This document shows positions 59,346 to 64,000 of a stretch of DNA of 64,000 nt, in pieces (positions within the stretch are counted from its first letter, which is position 1; each line of letters opens with the position of its first letter). Below the pieces are notes generated by a model that saw only the letters and a list, made by a program, of their open reading frames with translations, had not been told where the DNA came from and did not search any database. Source of the DNA: Octopus sinensis (Eukaryota); assembly GCF_006345805.1 (NCBI RefSeq), contig NC_043014.1:11470001-11534000 (forward strand), written 5' to 3'. The position numbers and the translations under genes are program-made.

Positions 59346-60550
59346 GCTACTCAAACACGATATGGGATATTGTTGGTATTTTTCCCTAAAAAAAATAGCA
59401 ATGGAAAGATTCGAGAGACTGAAGAGCTCTTTCCAGAAAAAGCACTGCTCATTTGTTAATCAAGAAGAATCTAGAAAAAAAATTGCTTTATCCTGAAAAT
59501 AGAGGTTTAGCACGCCGAGCTAAATGCTTAGCATTATTTCTTCCGGATTTACATTCTGAGTTCAAATTCTGCCGAGGTCAACTTTGCGTTTCAACTTTTC
59601 GGGATTGATAAAATAAGTACCAGTCGAGTACTAAAGTGGTTGTAATTTGATTGGTTTCAAATTTTGGCAAAAAGCCAGCAAATTCGGCGGAGGAGGCTGG
59701 TACATTACATCGACCTCAGTACTGAACTGGTACTTATTTTGATAACAGACATCCTAACGAGCAGGGTGTGGCTGTGTGGTAAGTAGCTTGCTTACTAACC
59801 ACATGGTTCCGGGTTCAGTCTCACTGCGTGGCACCTTGAGCAAGTGTCTTCTACTATAGCCTCAGGTCGACCAAAGCCTTGTGAGTGGATTTGGTAGATG
59901 GAGACTGAAAGAAGCCCGTCGTATATATGTGTGTGTGTGTCTGTGTTTGTCCTCCCATCATCGCTTGACAACCGATGCTGGTGTGTTCACGTCCCCGTAA
60001 CTTAGCGGTTCGGCAAAAAGAGACCGATAGAATAAGTACCAGGCTTACAAAGAATAAGTCCTGGGGTCGATCTGTTCGACTAAAGGCGGTGCTCCAGCAT
60101 GGCCGCAGTCAAATGACTGAAACAAATAAAAGTAAAAGAGCAAACGGAGAGATCCTAGAAAACTTGCTTAATTCTGAAACTTACCGGTTTCACTGCGGTT
60201 GGCGGTTGTCCTCTCTTAGCGGACTTCCATAGTAACACCCAAGAAATTTATTTTTCAAAGAGTCGTCGTATTTGGACACGAGTAAACTTTCACCATGTCT
60301 TTTATCTTTTGTTTCTTCCAGTCTTTTCACTGCGGTCATGCTGGGGCAGCGCCTTGTAGGGGCACAGTGAAGCAAGTCAAACTGAGTGGTTTTTTTTTTA
60401 TATATATTCTGGTAACTGCTAAGTTATGGTAATGTAAACAAACCAACACAGGTTGTCAAGCAGTGGGGGAAAGTGACCAACAAAGACATTCAGACACATA
60501 TACGACGGGCTTCCACACAGTCTCCATCTACCAAATTCATTCACAATGTG

Positions 60551-60610
<60 letters not shown>

Positions 60611-61438
60611 GCCTAGCTGTGTGGCAAGAAATTTGCTTTCTAACCACATGGTTAGGGTTCAATCCCTGTGTACGGAAGCTTGAGCAAGTATCTACTAGTA
60701 TAGCCTCGGGTCAACCTAAGCCTTGTGGATGTATTTTGGTAGACGGAAACTGAAAGCAGTTCGTGTCGTATGTATATATATATATAATCATCGTTTAACG
60801 TCCGCTTTCCATGCTAGCATGGGTTGGACGGTTTAATTGAGGGCTGGCGTGCCAGAAGGCTGCACCAGTCTCCAATCTGATCTGGCAAAGTTTCTACAGC
60901 TGGATGCCCTTCCTAACGCCAACCACTCCGAAAGTGTAGTTGGTGCTTTTACCTGCCACCGGCACGAGGGCCAGTCAGGCGGTACTGGCATCGCCCACGC
61001 TCAAATAGTGCTTTTCACGTGCAACCTGCACAAAAGCCAGTCCGGCGGCACTGGAACGACCACGCTGGAAAGGTGCTTTTTTTACGTGCCACCGGTACGG
61101 GAGCCAGTCATTGACCCTGGCAACGATCACGCTCGAATGGTGCTTTTAACGTTCCACTGGCACGGGTGCCAATCAAGCGGTACTGTCATCGGCTACGACA
61201 GCGATTTCACTTACCTCAACAGGTCTTCGTAAACATAGTTTATTGTTCAATGATTGAAGGGTACTCTTAAATGGGCTGGTTATACAGCACTGGCATAGGC
61301 CACAGTTATGGTCTGATTTGGCTTGCCGTTATTTGACAATAAAACACAACCAGGTGGAAATCAAGATTATTTGTCAAATATGCACTCTTATGCAACTAAA
61401 TGTATACGTTTATAAATTAACTTCTTTACAATATATAC

Positions 61439-61474
<36 letters not shown>

Positions 61475-61784
61475 TAATAAATGAAATGAAACATATGCAT
61501 ATATATAAACATATATGTACGTACCTACCTCTACATGTACATATATGAGTACAGGACACCAAAGGGACGTCGAACACAATGAGAAACGAAAACATAGACA
61601 CAAACCAAAGGAACTGGACATTTTTTTAAAAACAACAAAAAAATAGAGTACAGGACAATTAACACGAAGAAAAAAAACCCTTCTTCAGTCGCTACGGTTT
61701 CATCTACTCTACATTTCGAAGGATAAAAGCGAGACGTATCTTCGACAAGAAACTTTCCTTCCTGCGAAAAGCAAATCAATTAAA

Positions 61785-61835
61785 ATATATATATGTATAT
61801 ATATATATGTGTATATATATATATGTATATATATA

Positions 61836-61883
<48 letters not shown>
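61785..61883. repeat. (TA)n microsatellite with TG interruptions
   Basis: Direct observation; similar tracts at 22212-22270 and 60558-60607. Confidence 0.9.
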
Positions 61884-61886
<3 letters not shown>

Positions 61887-62271
61887 TGTGCAGATCATCA
61901 TCAGGAGGTAGTTTTATAAAATGAATTTTACATTTTAAATATTCGCCATATAAGGCAACAAAACTTAGATCGACAGGCAACAGGATTTAAAGTAATAATG
62001 CAGAACGACCGCTTCATGCGGCTCCATTTAATTGAACAATGCAATCATTACATCAATTTAAATGCAGTGCTATCTTCAGCTGCATTTAAATTTATGTAAT
62101 GATTTCATTGTTCAATTAAATGGAGTCGCTTGAAACGGTCGCACTGCATTGCTACTTGATATCCTGTTGTTTATTTTGATTTTATCCACCTTACTTCAAG
62201 CTGTGGATAATACCGGACCGACTTGGTACTTCAACTTAAGTACCTAATTCAACTGAATCTGAATTATTTCT

Positions 62272-62302
<31 letters not shown>

Positions 62303-62665
62303 ATGTATGTATGCATAATGTCAATGCGTGTCTGTACCCCTCCCCACCGGTATTGGTTCGCTTACGTCCCCGTAATTTAGCGAGCCAGCAATCCTTCAAG
62401 GCGATGCCCCGGAATAACTGCGATCCAATGACTGAATCAAGTAAATAAAAAAGATAAATAAATATGATATAATAAACAAAGAATAAGTTGTAGGTATATT
62501 TAAAGATTAAAAAAACACGCAATTTACCTGCTACGGACTTGTGGGTTCATTGAAAGTATGAGGAAATCAAAACATGGTATCGTCAGCAGAAGTCTGTGAC
62601 TATCCAAATGTATTGAGATTAACGTTTTAGGAGAGTAGTATATCAAACCAACAAGTTAAGATATA

Positions 62666-63195
62666 CGAGGGTGAGTCAAAAAGTAATGCCATTTTGTTTA
62701 GGACGGGTATAATTACCAACACAGGAACATATATCATACATCAAACTGAAGCTGGTCCTCTGTAGATCACATCCCTATTCCTCAACACGGTCACCATTTC
62801 TCTCAATAGCAATGTTACACCTTCGAATGAGAGCATGTATCCCTGCCCCGTTAAATTCTGTTGACTGTTCCTTGAGCCACTTCTTCACAACAGTTTGCAC
62901 TTCCTCGTCACTGGAATAATGTTTGCCTCTCAAACCCTCTTTCATGGGGCCGAAGTGATGATAGTCCAGTGACGAGGAAGTGAACACTGTAGTGAAGAAG
63001 TGACTCAAAGAACAGTCAACAGAATTTTATGGGGCAGGGATGCATACTCTCATTACTATTGAGAGAAACGGTGACTATGTTGAGAAGCAGGGATGTGATC
63101 CACAGAGGACCAGCTTCATTTTGATGTATGATACATGTTCCTGTGTTGGTAATTATACCCGTCCTAAACAAAATGGCATTACTTTTTCACTCTCC
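62666..63195. mobile_element. Mariner-derived foldback element
   Basis: TA|CGAGGGTGAGTCAAAAAGTAATGCC left TIR and inverted ~130-bp arms; minus-strand remnant DYHHFGPMKEGLRGKHYSSDEEVQTVVKKWL matches the mariner transposase C-terminus. Confidence 0.8.
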
Positions 63196-64000
63196 AATTG
63201 CAGAAAAAAGCGGAGGTGAGAGAAAAAGAAATAAAGGGGCAGTTAGATTTATGGGGATTATTTGTATTATCCAGATTGATAAGGCGGAGAGGGTGCAAAA
63301 TCGTTTGCACGCTGGGCGAAATGCTTAACCGTATTTCGTACATACTTATATACATATGATCATAACAGTATAAACTTTAACATTCACATATAAACGATTA
63401 ACACTAATATACTCGTACATACAATGAGATCTACTTATGTAAATGCTACAGTAAAGCCCATACACGTCTAATTCTAATTTGTGTGGTAAGTAGCTTGCTA
63501 ACCAACCACATGGTTCCGGGTTCAGTCCCACTGCGTGGCATCTTGGGTAAGTGTCTTCTGCTATAGCCCTGGGCCGACCAATGCCTTGTGAGTGGATTTG
63601 GTAGACGGAAACTGAAAGAAGCCTGTCGTATATATGTATATATATATATATATATGTGTGTGTGTCTGTGTTTGTCCCCCTAGCATTGCTTGACAACCGA
63701 TGCTGGTGTGTTTACGTCCCCGTCACTTAGCGGTTCGGCAAAAGAGACCGATAAAATAAGTACTGGGCTTACAAAGAATAAGTCCCGGGGTCGATTTGCT
63801 CGACTAAAGGCGGTGCTCCAGCATGGCCGCAGCCAAAAGACTGAAACAAGTAAAAGAGTAATATAATACGATGGTAGTCACTCGTAGTCCGAGAAAGACA
63901 GTTCTGCAATTTCTTATAGAAACAAACCTTCACAAGTGATTTGTTTGTAGCGATCAAATGTATGTGTTGTACATTCGCTCACTACCGCCATCAAATCGAC

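Noticed and set aside
61530-61775. Repeat with CGAAATGTAGAG and CTGAAGAAGGG on the minus strand as another hammerhead
   Set aside because: Core halves are in the wrong order or register in this copy; could not build the fold.

Overview
Eukaryotic, AT-rich, repeat-dense animal DNA, very probably an octopus (inferred from the SINE/MITE repertoire and the abundant compound (TA)n(TG)n microsatellites). The one clear protein-coding gene is nucleoporin SEH1 (SEH1L; WD40 subunit of the Y-complex and GATOR2) on the + strand. I assembled it by hand from 10 GT-AG exons between 965 and 47054 (1098 nt, 365 aa); the ORF track misses it almost entirely. Nearly everything else is mobile DNA: at least four tRNA-headed or tRNA-SINE-like families, about ten non-autonomous Helitrons, Helentron/HINE-like elements, piggyBac-, Merlin- and mariner-type MITEs, and decayed RTE, CR1/L2 and CRE-like LINE fragments. 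The most unusual signals are: (1) three unrelated repeats carrying minimal Penelope-type hammerhead ribozyme folds, one with a swapped G3:C8 catalytic core that fixed-CUGANGA searches would miss and one fused behind a tRNA-like Pol III head; (2) a full-length 7SL RNA copy fused to the 3' tail of the dominant SINE and inserted as one unit; (3) a ~555-bp element that sits in (TAA)n microsatellites. Almost all ORFs in the supplied track are repeat or microsatellite artefacts. No CRISPR array, rRNA or genuine tRNA gene was seen. All alignments and folds were done by eye.
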